The notes: a model not told the origin generated them from the sequence alone. Shown: positions 8,404 through 17,302, counted from the stretch's first letter. The stretch is DNA of 36,691 bases from Candidatus Peregrinibacteria bacterium (GCA_014728955.1 WJKT01000087.1:1-36691), one strand, 5' to 3'. Made by a program: numbers and translations.

Positions 8404-10805
8404 AGCCATTCCGGAACATACTGCGGCTTTGTTATTTCATCTATACCAAGAACCAAGTCAATGTCATCAGCATTGAATTTTCCACGGTATAAATCTTTAA
8501 TCTCGCCGCCGGCTGCAACAAATTGTTTAATTTGGTTATAGCCTTTGTAATATAGTAAATCTTTTGTAAATCCTCCGTGTTCAGCAGTATCTTCCAAACC
8601 GCGTTTTACCTTAAGCGCATTACGCCAAGCACGTTCAGGTGGGATTTTATAATCCAACATTTTTTCAAACACTTCAACAAACGAGTGTTTCAACGCATAA
8701 TCAACGGCGAGTACCAATGAAATAGAAACATAAAGATTCGTATCCTCATCACCTTTCTGATTGACAATATTGTACATCGCTAAACCTTCCTGTGTTTCCA
8801 AATAATTGGCAAGTCCTCTGTTAAACAATTCATAGTATTGCCCCTTACCGTTTTCCGCGGTCAAAATATGTGTTTCTATCTCATGGACAATAAGATTTTC
8901 AATGCGTTTTTCCGTAAACAAAGCCCCTTTTCTAATAAACAAACGGTTGTTTTTCCCTGCAATGGCATCGGAAACCATATGTTCTTTAATTTTAACCTGC
9001 CAATTTTTCAATCCATACTTATGAAAGACTTCATCCATAATTTTTTTAGCTTCGGGAGCTTCAATGGTTCCTTTTTCCTGTTTGTATGTCACCGATGTTT
9101 TGGTAATCCATTCACGTGCACGATCAACCATTTTGGTATCGGGAACACCAAAAAGCTGCTTGGAAGCGTTTGTAAACTCTTCAGCAAACCCTCTAAATTC
9201 AAGCAGGTGAATTTTTCGTTCAATTTCTTGCTTTTTCTTAGCAAACAATTTCCCTAATGTTGATTGGTCTGTGTTTATAGCGCTCAAATCACGTTTCAAT
9301 GCATACAAATCAAATTTCAATTCCGGATATATAAACTGTGGATTCTTTTTGAAGTTTTTAAAAAAGGCGTTTTTTTCATCTTCCAGATTTACTGGGCGCA
9401 AGTGGTACAGAAGCTTTAATTTTTCATCGATTTTGATCAGATGCTGATCTATTTCATGATAATTGATCGTCTTTTTCTTATCTCCGGTAGTTGTCGGCGT
9501 CTCTTTTTTCTCAATATTTACGGTTTTTGCCGTTGGTAAAACCGTTTCTCTATCTTTCCGTGACGGATCAATAAAAAAGTTTGAAAGATCACGACTCCCC
9601 ACGATGAGTTCATAATCTTGGTCGGTTATCTTTTCGATATCAACAACCGTCTGAATTCGCTCTCCTTCAATAGATAATTTTAATTTGGTGGTTGATTTTT
9701 CATCATCATATCCCTGATCATCATCAAGTAACCCGGCTTCTATTGCAAATCGTTCATCAATAACAGAGCGTTCTCGTCCGGAATCCATTTTCGCTGTTAC
9801 TCGCCTTGTTCCATCTTTCAAATAAATATCGACAATTTCTTCAATACCGATAACATTTTTACCAGATACATGATGGATATTTTTTTCAACAACATTTCCG
9901 AACATATCTTTTGCTATCCGCACACCTTTTGTGGGATTGGTTACTTTAACACCTTCAATACGTTGTAAGCGTTTTTTTAACGGAGCAAGATTGGCAATTT
10001 GTACACCAAGCCCCGCCCGAGCATTAATTTCAAGGAGTACCGGACCGGATGTTTTATCAATACAAATATCGGCCGCCATATATCCCAAATTAGTTATCAA
10101 CTGGCATTGTGAGGCGATCATCAATATGTCCTCCCAATAAGGAATCTTTAATCCTTTTATGGGCCCGACACCGGGAATATCATCAATGATTTTGTTTTTA
10201 TATGAAATAAATGTTGCCTCCCCTTTTGCAATATCAATACCGACTCCCACAGCCCCCAGATGCAAGTTAGCTTTACCCAATGATTCTTTTGTCGGCAATC
10301 GAAGCATCGCCATGACCGGGATAAGGTTGTGAACAACAACACGAATATCGGGGAGTCCTCGATAGGCATAATTTGCTAATGTTTCATGAGAAATAATCAA
10401 TTGTTCAAAAAACGCGCTATCCCCTACATTCGAAATCGAATATCGCCCATCAATAGTATCCGAAATATGATCTATTAAATACTCTTTATCAAGTTTTCTT
10501 CCCGATGCCGTTATCCACGTATTTTCGCGTCTGTTTACAATAGGAATAATACCTTCGCCCCCAAAACCATGATTAGGCTTAATAATAAAAGCGTTTGGCA
10601 ATGAAGAAAAATCAAACTTTTCCAATTCTTCTTTTGTACGAATCGAACCATATAACTTGGGAACGGGAATTCCACGAGCCGACAGAAACTTTTTGGTTTT
10701 CAGTTTATCATCAGCCAGTTTGATAGTTTTTTTCTTATTATATGGCCGAATATATTCTAAATTTCGAGCATTTAAGCCAAGCAGGCCTTTTCCATTAAAA
10801 AACAT
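8400..10805 (-). CDS. Three-domain fusion: RimK-related ATP-grasp (alpha-L-glutamate-ligase-like) + retropepsin-like 'ATP-dependent zinc protease' domain + DUF1704/MATCAP-type HExxH-QEGLA metallocarboxypeptidase
   Basis: Residues 1-~295 (GLLGLNARNLEYIRPYNKKKTIKLADDKLKTKKFLSARGIPVP...IIKPNHGFGGEGI...LLEINARAGL) match the rimK-related ligase-like family. Residues ~315-415 (IGIEEIVDIYL...AKMDSGRERSVID...ELIVGSRDLSNFFIDPS) match the PF05618-type retropepsin-like fold, with D341-S342-G343 at 9777-9785. Residues ~445-801 carry HEIETH (641-646; 8868-8885) and ETQEGLAMY (QEGLA at 8778-8792), the hallmark of the 'QEGLA motif' DUF1704 family. Confidence 0.85.
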   Translation of the reverse strand: MFFNGKGLLGLNARNLEYIRPYNKKKTIKLADDKLKTKKFLSARGIPVPKLYGSIRTKEELEKFDFSSLPNAFIIKPNHGFGGEGIIPIVNRRENTWITASGRKLDKEYLIDHISDTIDGRYSISNVGDSAFFEQLIISHETLANYAYRGLPDIRVVVHNLIPVMAMLRLPTKESLGKANLHLGAVGVGIDIAKGEATFISYKNKIIDDIPGVGPIKGLKIPYWEDILMIASQCQLITNLGYMAADICIDKTSGPVLLEINARAGLGVQIANLAPLKKRLQRIEGVKVTNPTKGVRIAKDMFGNVVEKNIHHVSGKNVIGIEEIVDIYLKDGTRRVTAKMDSGRERSVIDERFAIEAGLLDDDQGYDDEKSTTKLKLSIEGERIQTVVDIEKITDQDYELIVGSRDLSNFFIDPSRKDRETVLPTAKTVNIEKKETPTTTGDKKKTINYHEIDQHLIKIDEKLKLLYHLRPVNLEDEKNAFFKNFKKNPQFIYPELKFDLYALKRDLSAINTDQSTLGKLFAKKKQEIERKIHLLEFRGFAEEFTNASKQLFGVPDTKMVDRAREWITKTSVTYKQEKGTIEAPEAKKIMDEVFHKYGLKNWQVKIKEHMVSDAIAGKNNRLFIRKGALFTEKRIENLIVHEIETHILTAENGKGQYYELFNRGLANYLETQEGLAMYNIVNQKGDEDTNLYVSISLVLAVDYALKHSFVEVFEKMLDYKIPPERAWRNALKVKRGLEDTAEHGGFTKDLLYYKGYNQIKQFVAAGGEIKDLYRGKFNADDIDLVLGIDEITKPQYVPEWL

Positions 10806-10814
10806 AGATAACGG

Positions 10815-12383
10815 TTATTCCTCCTCCACATGCCGAAGCACTTCACGAAAACGGACGTATTCAAGTAACCGTAGCCCCGTCCATCTACCGAGGAAAATAT
10901 TAATAAAGATGATTAAAATAATAACTTCGGGATATGCCAACATAAACCCTTGCAGGGCGGTAAAATGTATTTTGAAAAGATACAGGTCAATTGCCCCGCC
11001 AATAACAATATATGCGACAATTGCAACAAATACGGTTTGCAAACTTAAGATAATTGCTTTTCTGAAGCCTTTCCCTCCCTGAACATTAACAAATTTTTCC
11101 GTTAATGTGCTTAAAATCAACATAGGGAAAATCGATAACGAATAGAACTGTGCATCAAATAAATTAAATCGAATAGAAATAATCAGCATAAAGAGAATAG
11201 CAATAGCAACCGATGTCAGCACAATAGCCATTCGCGGCACGTAAAGCAGCCTGTAGCGTTTTAAGACAGAACGAGCACCCGTTCCCACCAAAAATACAAT
11301 AAGAAGCGTTAAGAGCCCGAATTTTAATCCCAGAATCCAGAAAGTGAGTGTAATAATTGTCGGAGTATAAACGCCAAAGGTGGTAAGCCCCACAACTTGC
11401 TTCATAATAGAAACCATAGTGGCGATAACAGGCAGCATAAGAATAAGAATAACGGTATTTGCCGGAATACCGCTGTCAATCAAGTAATTCACAAAATAAG
11501 ACATAAAATTCCATAATTGGAGTTGCCCTGTTTGCGCATTGGTTAATTGATAATCGTATCCGTCTTTTTCCATGCGTTGAATAAATTCCTCTGCTGTTGC
11601 ACTTTCTATAAAGGCATAAATGGCAGCTTCTTTTGCCGAGACAATGTTGTCAGGCTTAAGCAGTTCATATTGACGTTGCAATTGAGCGGTAGCCTGATCA
11701 TCATCGGAAACAACCAAAATGGTCTTGTCATCAAACGTTAAGGGGTCTTCCAAGTCAGCTTGATTTTGCTTAACACGTGAAAGTGCATTAAGGCCGGAAT
11801 GCCCTTCCGTCCACACAATAATTTCATCAATTTTCTTTAAATTTCCGATAGCTTCGCTCAACTTACGTTCAAGAATTTCTTCAGTAATAAATTCAGTCGC
11901 GCTATCGTAACTTTCATATACCAAAATATCGGTATCTCTATCTCTCGCGTAGTTTTTAAATCCTTCAACCCTATCTTTGATATCCGCTTTATCGGTAATA
12001 AAAACAATAATCTTTTTATATACAAAAATGTCACGTATGATGGTTTTTGTTTCCGTTCCGTCGTTTGCAGAAAGTGTAATTGTCTTTTGTCCCAACGTCG
12101 TATAAGTATGTACAACTTCTCTCCCCTCTTTTTTATTGCCGTCGCCAAAATCCCAATTATATGTGATAGATGCATCTTCATCGGGATGTGTTGTCTTTGC
12201 GGCATCAAAAATAATATTCTTATCAATCTGAATAGATTCCGGAGCCGTCATTTGCACCTCAAACGTTACTTCTTCCGGAGTCGACTCTTCGATAGCGGGC
12301 GTATCTTGTGCATATACCGCAAGCGGGAGTACATATAATAGGAGCGCACCGGCAGCTACACATTTTTTTATTGTTCTAAACAT
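10815..12383 (-). CDS. Secreted PKD-domain + alpha/beta-domain protein anchored by a C-terminal 7TM module (7TM_transglut-like), with C-terminus -VEEE
   Basis: It has a signal peptide (MFRTIKKCVAAGALLLYVLPLAVYAQ) and a PKD motif (ITYNWDFGDGNKKEGREVVHTYTTLGQKTITLSANDG). A ~150-aa alternating beta-alpha region follows, then 7 hydrophobic helices with family-typical LPVIATMVSIMKQVVGLTTFGVYTP and LGRWTGLRLLEYVRF. I prefer start 12383 (8-nt overlap with the ilvE stop) over 12416. Confidence 0.8.
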   Translation of the reverse strand: MFRTIKKCVAAGALLLYVLPLAVYAQDTPAIEESTPEEVTFEVQMTAPESIQIDKNIIFDAAKTTHPDEDASITYNWDFGDGNKKEGREVVHTYTTLGQKTITLSANDGTETKTIIRDIFVYKKIIVFITDKADIKDRVEGFKNYARDRDTDILVYESYDSATEFITEEILERKLSEAIGNLKKIDEIIVWTEGHSGLNALSRVKQNQADLEDPLTFDDKTILVVSDDDQATAQLQRQYELLKPDNIVSAKEAAIYAFIESATAEEFIQRMEKDGYDYQLTNAQTGQLQLWNFMSYFVNYLIDSGIPANTVILILMLPVIATMVSIMKQVVGLTTFGVYTPTIITLTFWILGLKFGLLTLLIVFLVGTGARSVLKRYRLLYVPRMAIVLTSVAIAILFMLIISIRFNLFDAQFYSLSIFPMLILSTLTEKFVNVQGGKGFRKAIILSLQTVFVAIVAYIVIGGAIDLYLFKIHFTALQGFMLAYPEVIILIIFINIFLGRWTGLRLLEYVRFREVLRHVEEE

Positions 12384-13281
12384 AGTAAAGCCAATTAGTA
12401 GACAGAATATCTTCACCGTTGATTATACCAGTAAATCGAGATTTTAAAGAATGAGTTACAGGACCAATATTTTCATTCCCTATACTTACCTTGTCAATCA
12501 CCCGAACCGGAGTAATTTCTGCAGCGGTTCCGGTAAGAAAAACTTCATCTGCTTGTTTCAGTTCATCGGGAGTAATTGTTTGTTCATGAACCGGTATATT
12601 CATTTCATCCGCAAGCTGCATAATTGTATCGCGCGTTATTCCTTTTAAAACAGTCTTCGTTGAAGGAGTAAACAATTCGCCGTTACGAACCATAAATACA
12701 TTTTCCCCGGGTCCTTCGGCAATATTCCCTTCTCCGTCAAGCAAAAGCGCTTCATCGTAACCGTGATGAGCACTTTCCAGTCCCGCTAAAATGGAATTTG
12801 TATAATGACCGCATATTTTCGCTTGTATATCGGTTGTTTGCGGATGGATCCTCCGATATGAAGAAATATGCAGCCGAATGGTTTCTTCTCCGAGATACGA
12901 TCCCCATGGCCAACAGGCAATGCATACATGAAGCGGTGCTCCGGTAGGAAGCAACCCCATTTTCCCATATCCGTAAAAAATGAGCGGCCTGATATAACCG
13001 TTTTTTAATGCATTTCTCTGTACGGTTAATGTTAACGCATCAATGAGTTCATCATGGGTATATGGCACTTCCATTTTCAGCACCGATGCCGAATACAGTA
13101 AGCGTTTTATATGCTCCCGTGGTCGAAAAAGAGCCACTCTCCCTTTAGCGGTTTGATAACATCGGATACCTTCAAACACACCTCCTCCGTAGTGAAGACT
13201 GTGTGAAAGTACATGAATTTTTGCCTTTTCCCACGGGATTGATTCCCCGTCCATCCAAATATATTTTGTTGGCTCAATCAT
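12376..13281 (-). CDS. ilvE: Branched-chain amino-acid aminotransferase
   Basis: IWMDGESIPWEKAKIHVLSHSLHYGGGVFEGIRCY, RPREHIKRL, GYIRPLIFYG and EGPGENVF...LFTP...LKGITRD are class IV aminotransferase / IlvE motifs. I prefer the start at M19 of the ORF (13281). Confidence 0.9.
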   Translation of the reverse strand: MIEPTKYIWMDGESIPWEKAKIHVLSHSLHYGGGVFEGIRCYQTAKGRVALFRPREHIKRLLYSASVLKMEVPYTHDELIDALTLTVQRNALKNGYIRPLIFYGYGKMGLLPTGAPLHVCIACWPWGSYLGEETIRLHISSYRRIHPQTTDIQAKICGHYTNSILAGLESAHHGYDEALLLDGEGNIAEGPGENVFMVRNGELFTPSTKTVLKGITRDTIMQLADEMNIPVHEQTITPDELKQADEVFLTGTAAEITPVRVIDKVSIGNENIGPVTHSLKSRFTGIINGEDILSTNWLYYV

Positions 13282-13352
13282 AGTAATTATTACAAAGTCA
13301 ACCCGGATCGTATCAAATGTACCTGGAAAACTCAATAAAGCATGGTGCTTCT

Positions 13353-13381
13353 TTGCATTTTAGGTCTATTTTTGCTATAAT
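13353..13381 (+). promoter_or_regulatory. Putative strong extended -10 promoter for the surface-protein gene
   Basis: -35 TTGCAT (13353-13358), 17-nt spacer, and TGcTATAAT (13373-13381), a perfect extended -10. It lies 32 nt upstream of ATG 13413. Confidence 0.5.
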
Positions 13382-13412
13382 TATATGAATTTATAAGAGA
13401 AAAACTGTGCAT

Positions 13413-15596
13413 ATGAAAAAAATCTATACAAAACTCATTTCCGTTATCGCATTTGCTGCGCTTTTAATTACGCAAAACAGTGCGGTTTTTGCCGCGGCTA
13501 ACCCTTTTACTGTTGAAGCATATGGCATCGACACCATTGCCGGGTATACCGCTCATATTTATTCATCAAAGACACTCCCCGGAAAAACTGTACATTTTTA
13601 TGTTGAGAAACCAAATGGGAACACACTTTCCATACCCGTAGAATCGGATGAGACAGGGGTGGCGGAATTTGATCTCTATGATTATCATACGAAAAAAGCG
13701 GGAACCTACAGCGTTTCGGCACAATTGGAAGGCGGAAAAGAAGGTCCAACCAATACATTTTATGTTTTTCCCGATGAGATTTCTTCAATGGAATCAACAG
13801 TTGAAGCGTCATCACTTCTTGCTACCGCAAACGGAATTGATAAAATTTATATAACCATTACGCTCAGCGATAAACACGGTAATCCCATTAAAGGACACGA
13901 AGTAGAAGTTGTTTCAAGCCGAATGGCAGATTCGGTACAACGTATTTCTGAACAACAATTCACCGATAAGAACGGTGAAATTATCTTTTGCGTTTCATCT
14001 GACAAAGAAGGGGTTGCAATCTACTCTTTCTTAGACACTACAGCTAATACTGTTTTAGATAAACGACTGGAAATTGCATATAGTCTTCCCTCAAATGTGG
14101 GGGGCTTTGTTCCAACGGCGTATGCCGCAGCAGGAGAAGTAGAACGATTTATTTTTGAAGATCTTCCCGCTTCGATTACCGCAAATGCTGATGTTGGATT
14201 TTCCTTAACCGCTGTTGATTCAGAAGGAGATGCCGTCCCTAATTATGCAGGAACCGTACATTTTTCCGCTGAAGGAACCAATAGTGTTTATGCGTCGCTT
14301 CCAAATGATTATACTTTTGACGTTGATCTGGATAGCGGTAGTCATAATTTCAGCGGTGTTCAGTCACTTAATTTTGCTCAAGAAGGAATATATACTATTG
14401 TCGCCACTGATCTTGATGATTTTACCATTAGAGGTGAAACAGAGATAACCGTTGGAGCCTCTTCAACACAACATCAAGACGATGATACTCCCGATACCGA
14501 AGGGTCAACCGACAGTTTAGCTATTACAAGCCCGACTTCCGGAACATACAGCAGTAATGAACTGGTTATTAACGGGACAGCTCCACTTGTCGGAGCAACC
14601 ATCCAAATTTTCGATAATGATACAAATATCGGATCAGCTGAAGTAGATACCGATAATACATTTTCGTACGAACCATCAATTGTGGTGGAAGGAGAACATA
14701 CCTTTTTTGTTGTCATGCAAGATGAAGACGGAACTATTTTAGACACATCGGATGATGTAACTATCAGTATAGATACTTCTCCACCTGTCGTTGAAAATAT
14801 TGAATTTTCACCATCTTCAGGCATACAAACAGGTGATATTATAGATATTATTGTTACTTCCGAACCAACCGTATTCCAAGGTGCCGTCGTCTTTGACGTT
14901 GATATTGCGGAACTTGAACAAGATGCGACTGATGAAACAAAGTATGTGGCATCAATCCAGGCCCCTTCAGAACCGGGGACCTACCCTCTTGATGTTATTC
15001 TTGTTGACGAACTCGGCAATGAAGGAGCATATGAAGACATTGCAACTATTGAAATCGATGATGATGGTGGAACAACCATTAATGGAGATGCCGAAAACGA
15101 ACCTATGGAAGATGAAGACACGGAGCAAGAAGAAAATGAAGCTCCCTCTGATGTGTTTGGTGTAAAAGCAACATCCTCAGATAAAAAAGTAACCTTGTCA
15201 TGGCAACCATCCACAGATGATTCTGCCGTAGACCACTACACTATTTTTTACGGATTAACACCGGCCAATCTTACACAACAGGTTGATACGTTTGATAACA
15301 GAACAACGTGGTATATCCCGGAGCTGACCAATGGGAACGAATATTTCTTTTCGATTGTCGCCGTTGACGATGAAGGAATGGAAAGTGAAAACATGAGCAG
15401 CATTATTAGTGCAATACCTTTCAGCCCTGCTCCCGTGTTTGTCCCTCCTGAGCCACAACCTCAGCCGGTTACCGACGTTCAATACAAACCCGTCGCACCA
15501 ACCATGCAATCAACCGGTCCCGAAGAAGTATGGTTTGTACTGCTTTCTTTAGTACTCGCACAGCTTTACTTTAAGTTTAAGAAGAAAGTATGCTAA
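13413..15596 (+). CDS. Large secreted cell-surface protein with Ig-like (Big_1-type), further Ig-like and fibronectin type III domains and a C-terminal membrane anchor/sorting-like signal
   Basis: Signal peptide MKKIYTKLISVIAFAALLITQNSAVFAAA. Invasin/intimin-like Big_1 segment (TVEASSLLATANGIDKIYITITLSDKHGNPIKGHEVEV). FN3 segment (KVTLSWQPSTDDSAVDHYTIFYG...NGNEYFFSIVAVDDEGMES). A Pro-rich stalk is followed by QSTGPEEVWFVLLSLVLAQLYFKFKKKVC. An alternative GTG start lies at 13407. Confidence 0.85.
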   Translation: MKKIYTKLISVIAFAALLITQNSAVFAAANPFTVEAYGIDTIAGYTAHIYSSKTLPGKTVHFYVEKPNGNTLSIPVESDETGVAEFDLYDYHTKKAGTYSVSAQLEGGKEGPTNTFYVFPDEISSMESTVEASSLLATANGIDKIYITITLSDKHGNPIKGHEVEVVSSRMADSVQRISEQQFTDKNGEIIFCVSSDKEGVAIYSFLDTTANTVLDKRLEIAYSLPSNVGGFVPTAYAAAGEVERFIFEDLPASITANADVGFSLTAVDSEGDAVPNYAGTVHFSAEGTNSVYASLPNDYTFDVDLDSGSHNFSGVQSLNFAQEGIYTIVATDLDDFTIRGETEITVGASSTQHQDDDTPDTEGSTDSLAITSPTSGTYSSNELVINGTAPLVGATIQIFDNDTNIGSAEVDTDNTFSYEPSIVVEGEHTFFVVMQDEDGTILDTSDDVTISIDTSPPVVENIEFSPSSGIQTGDIIDIIVTSEPTVFQGAVVFDVDIAELEQDATDETKYVASIQAPSEPGTYPLDVILVDELGNEGAYEDIATIEIDDDGGTTINGDAENEPMEDEDTEQEENEAPSDVFGVKATSSDKKVTLSWQPSTDDSAVDHYTIFYGLTPANLTQQVDTFDNRTTWYIPELTNGNEYFFSIVAVDDEGMESENMSSIISAIPFSPAPVFVPPEPQPQPVTDVQYKPVAPTMQSTGPEEVWFVLLSLVLAQLYFKFKKKVC

Positions 15597-15642
15597 AATC
15601 TGCTTTGGTGTTCAAACGTTACTTAAAGCAGAACATATAACT

Positions 15643-15903
15643 ATGCAAGCATACATCGCACTTTTTATCGACATTTTAGGTGAAATCATCATCTTGGCGA
15701 TTTTGATCAGAGTCATCATGTCATGGATTCGTCCCATGGGCGCACGCGGCACGTTCGGCACGTTTGTTTTTGAAATCACCGAACCGCTCTTGTCGTTTTT
15801 CAGAAAAATCATTCCCCGTATCGGTATGATTGATATATCTCCTATTGTAGCGTTGTTTGCCATAGAAATTGTACGCTCTCTTTTATTGAGTCTCTTGATG
15901 TAA
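15643..15903 (+). CDS. yggT: YggT-family membrane protein
   Basis: 86 aa with the YggT pattern ILIRVIMSWIRP...EITEPLLSFFRKIIPRIGMIDISPIVALFAIEIV. Confidence 0.8.
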   Translation: MQAYIALFIDILGEIIILAILIRVIMSWIRPMGARGTFGTFVFEITEPLLSFFRKIIPRIGMIDISPIVALFAIEIVRSLLLSLLM

Positions 15904-15912
15904 TTTTTACGT

Positions 15913-17301
15913 ATGATATCAATATATAATACCTTAAACAGAACAAAAGAAGCTTTTGCTCCTATTAGAAAGAAACACGTGGGAATATATTTATGTGGCC
16001 CCACGGTGTACGATAATGCACATTTGGGGCATGGAAGAAGTGCCGTCGCCTTTGATATTATTCGTCGTTACTTTATTTATAAAGGATATAAAGTGAATTT
16101 TATATCAAATTATACCGATATTGATGACAAAATGATTAATCATGCCGTGGAGAAAAAAATACGAGTTTCCGAATTGGCCGAACTGGTTATTCCCCATTAC
16201 GTTAAAGATTACTCAAATCTCAATGTCTTGCCGGCGACAAAACACCCACGCGCAACCGATTATGTCCCGCAAATCATTGAGCTCATTAAGCAACTTGAAG
16301 ACCAAGGAGCGACATATGAGCTTGAAGACGGCATCTATTTTAATATAAAAACGTTTCCCGATTACGGAAAACTATCTAATCAAAATATTGATGATCTTCA
16401 AATGGGTGCACGTGTGGATGTTAATAAAGAAAAAAAGAATCCACAGGATTTTGCGCTTTGGAAAAAAGAAAAACCCGGTGAACCATCTTGGGACAGCCCT
16501 TGGGGCAAAGGAAGACCCGGCTGGCATATTGAATGTAGTGCTATGAGTATGGATATTTTGGGTGAAACCTTTGACATTCATGCCGGTGGCGCAGATCTTG
16601 TTTTCCCTCACCATGACTGTGAAATAGCGCAAAGCGAATGTGCAACCAATAAACCATTTGCACATTATTGGATGCATAACGGATTTATAAATATCAATAA
16701 AGAGAAAATGTCCAAATCCTTGGGTAATTTTATAACGCTCAAAGATCTTTTTAAAGAATATTCGGGAGACGTCATACGATTTTTATATTTACAGACCCAC
16801 TACCGATCCCCTATTAATTTTTCTTCGGATTTATTGGAACAATCGGTTAATACACTGCAACGTATTCATGATTTTGTCCGCACTTTGGAAAACATACAAA
16901 ATCCGGGAACACTGCATCCCCTGGTGCAAAAAGAAATTGATACTCTGCTTGCAACATTTAAAGAGCGAATGGACGATGATTTTGATACTCCCGAGGCACT
17001 TGCCGCTTTGTTTGAATTCATCAAAGCAGTATATGTTCTTCATAAGAGATCTCCTCTTACAACCAATGATGCAAAAGAAATTTTGGGCGCACTACGCTCA
17101 ATCGATGAGGTTTTTGCCGTTATTTTCACAAAAGAGAAAGAAACGCTTTCAGATGAACTGATGCATCTTATTGGCAATCGTGAAAAAGCGCGAGAAGAAA
17201 AAGATTGGGAAACATCCGACAAAATCCGCGAAACGCTCAAAAAGAAAGGTGTTATTGTTGAAGACACCCCCGAAGGAACCGTATGGAAAAAAACAAACTG
17301 A
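15913..17301 (+). CDS. cysS: Cysteinyl-tRNA synthetase
   Basis: Class I motifs: HLGH (GPTVYDNAHLGHGRS), KMSKS, the zinc/cysteine-site WHIECS, and GGADLVFPHH. Confidence 0.96.
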   Translation: MISIYNTLNRTKEAFAPIRKKHVGIYLCGPTVYDNAHLGHGRSAVAFDIIRRYFIYKGYKVNFISNYTDIDDKMINHAVEKKIRVSELAELVIPHYVKDYSNLNVLPATKHPRATDYVPQIIELIKQLEDQGATYELEDGIYFNIKTFPDYGKLSNQNIDDLQMGARVDVNKEKKNPQDFALWKKEKPGEPSWDSPWGKGRPGWHIECSAMSMDILGETFDIHAGGADLVFPHHDCEIAQSECATNKPFAHYWMHNGFININKEKMSKSLGNFITLKDLFKEYSGDVIRFLYLQTHYRSPINFSSDLLEQSVNTLQRIHDFVRTLENIQNPGTLHPLVQKEIDTLLATFKERMDDDFDTPEALAALFEFIKAVYVLHKRSPLTTNDAKEILGALRSIDEVFAVIFTKEKETLSDELMHLIGNREKAREEKDWETSDKIRETLKKKGVIVEDTPEGTVWKKTN

Positions 17302-17302
17302 T

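Noticed and set aside
15599-15632. 8-bp inverted repeat TCTGCTTT...AAAGCAGA between the surface-protein gene and yggT, considered as a terminator.
   Set aside because: It has an 18-nt loop, an AT-rich stem and no downstream T-tract, so it is weak as an intrinsic terminator. It could be incidental.
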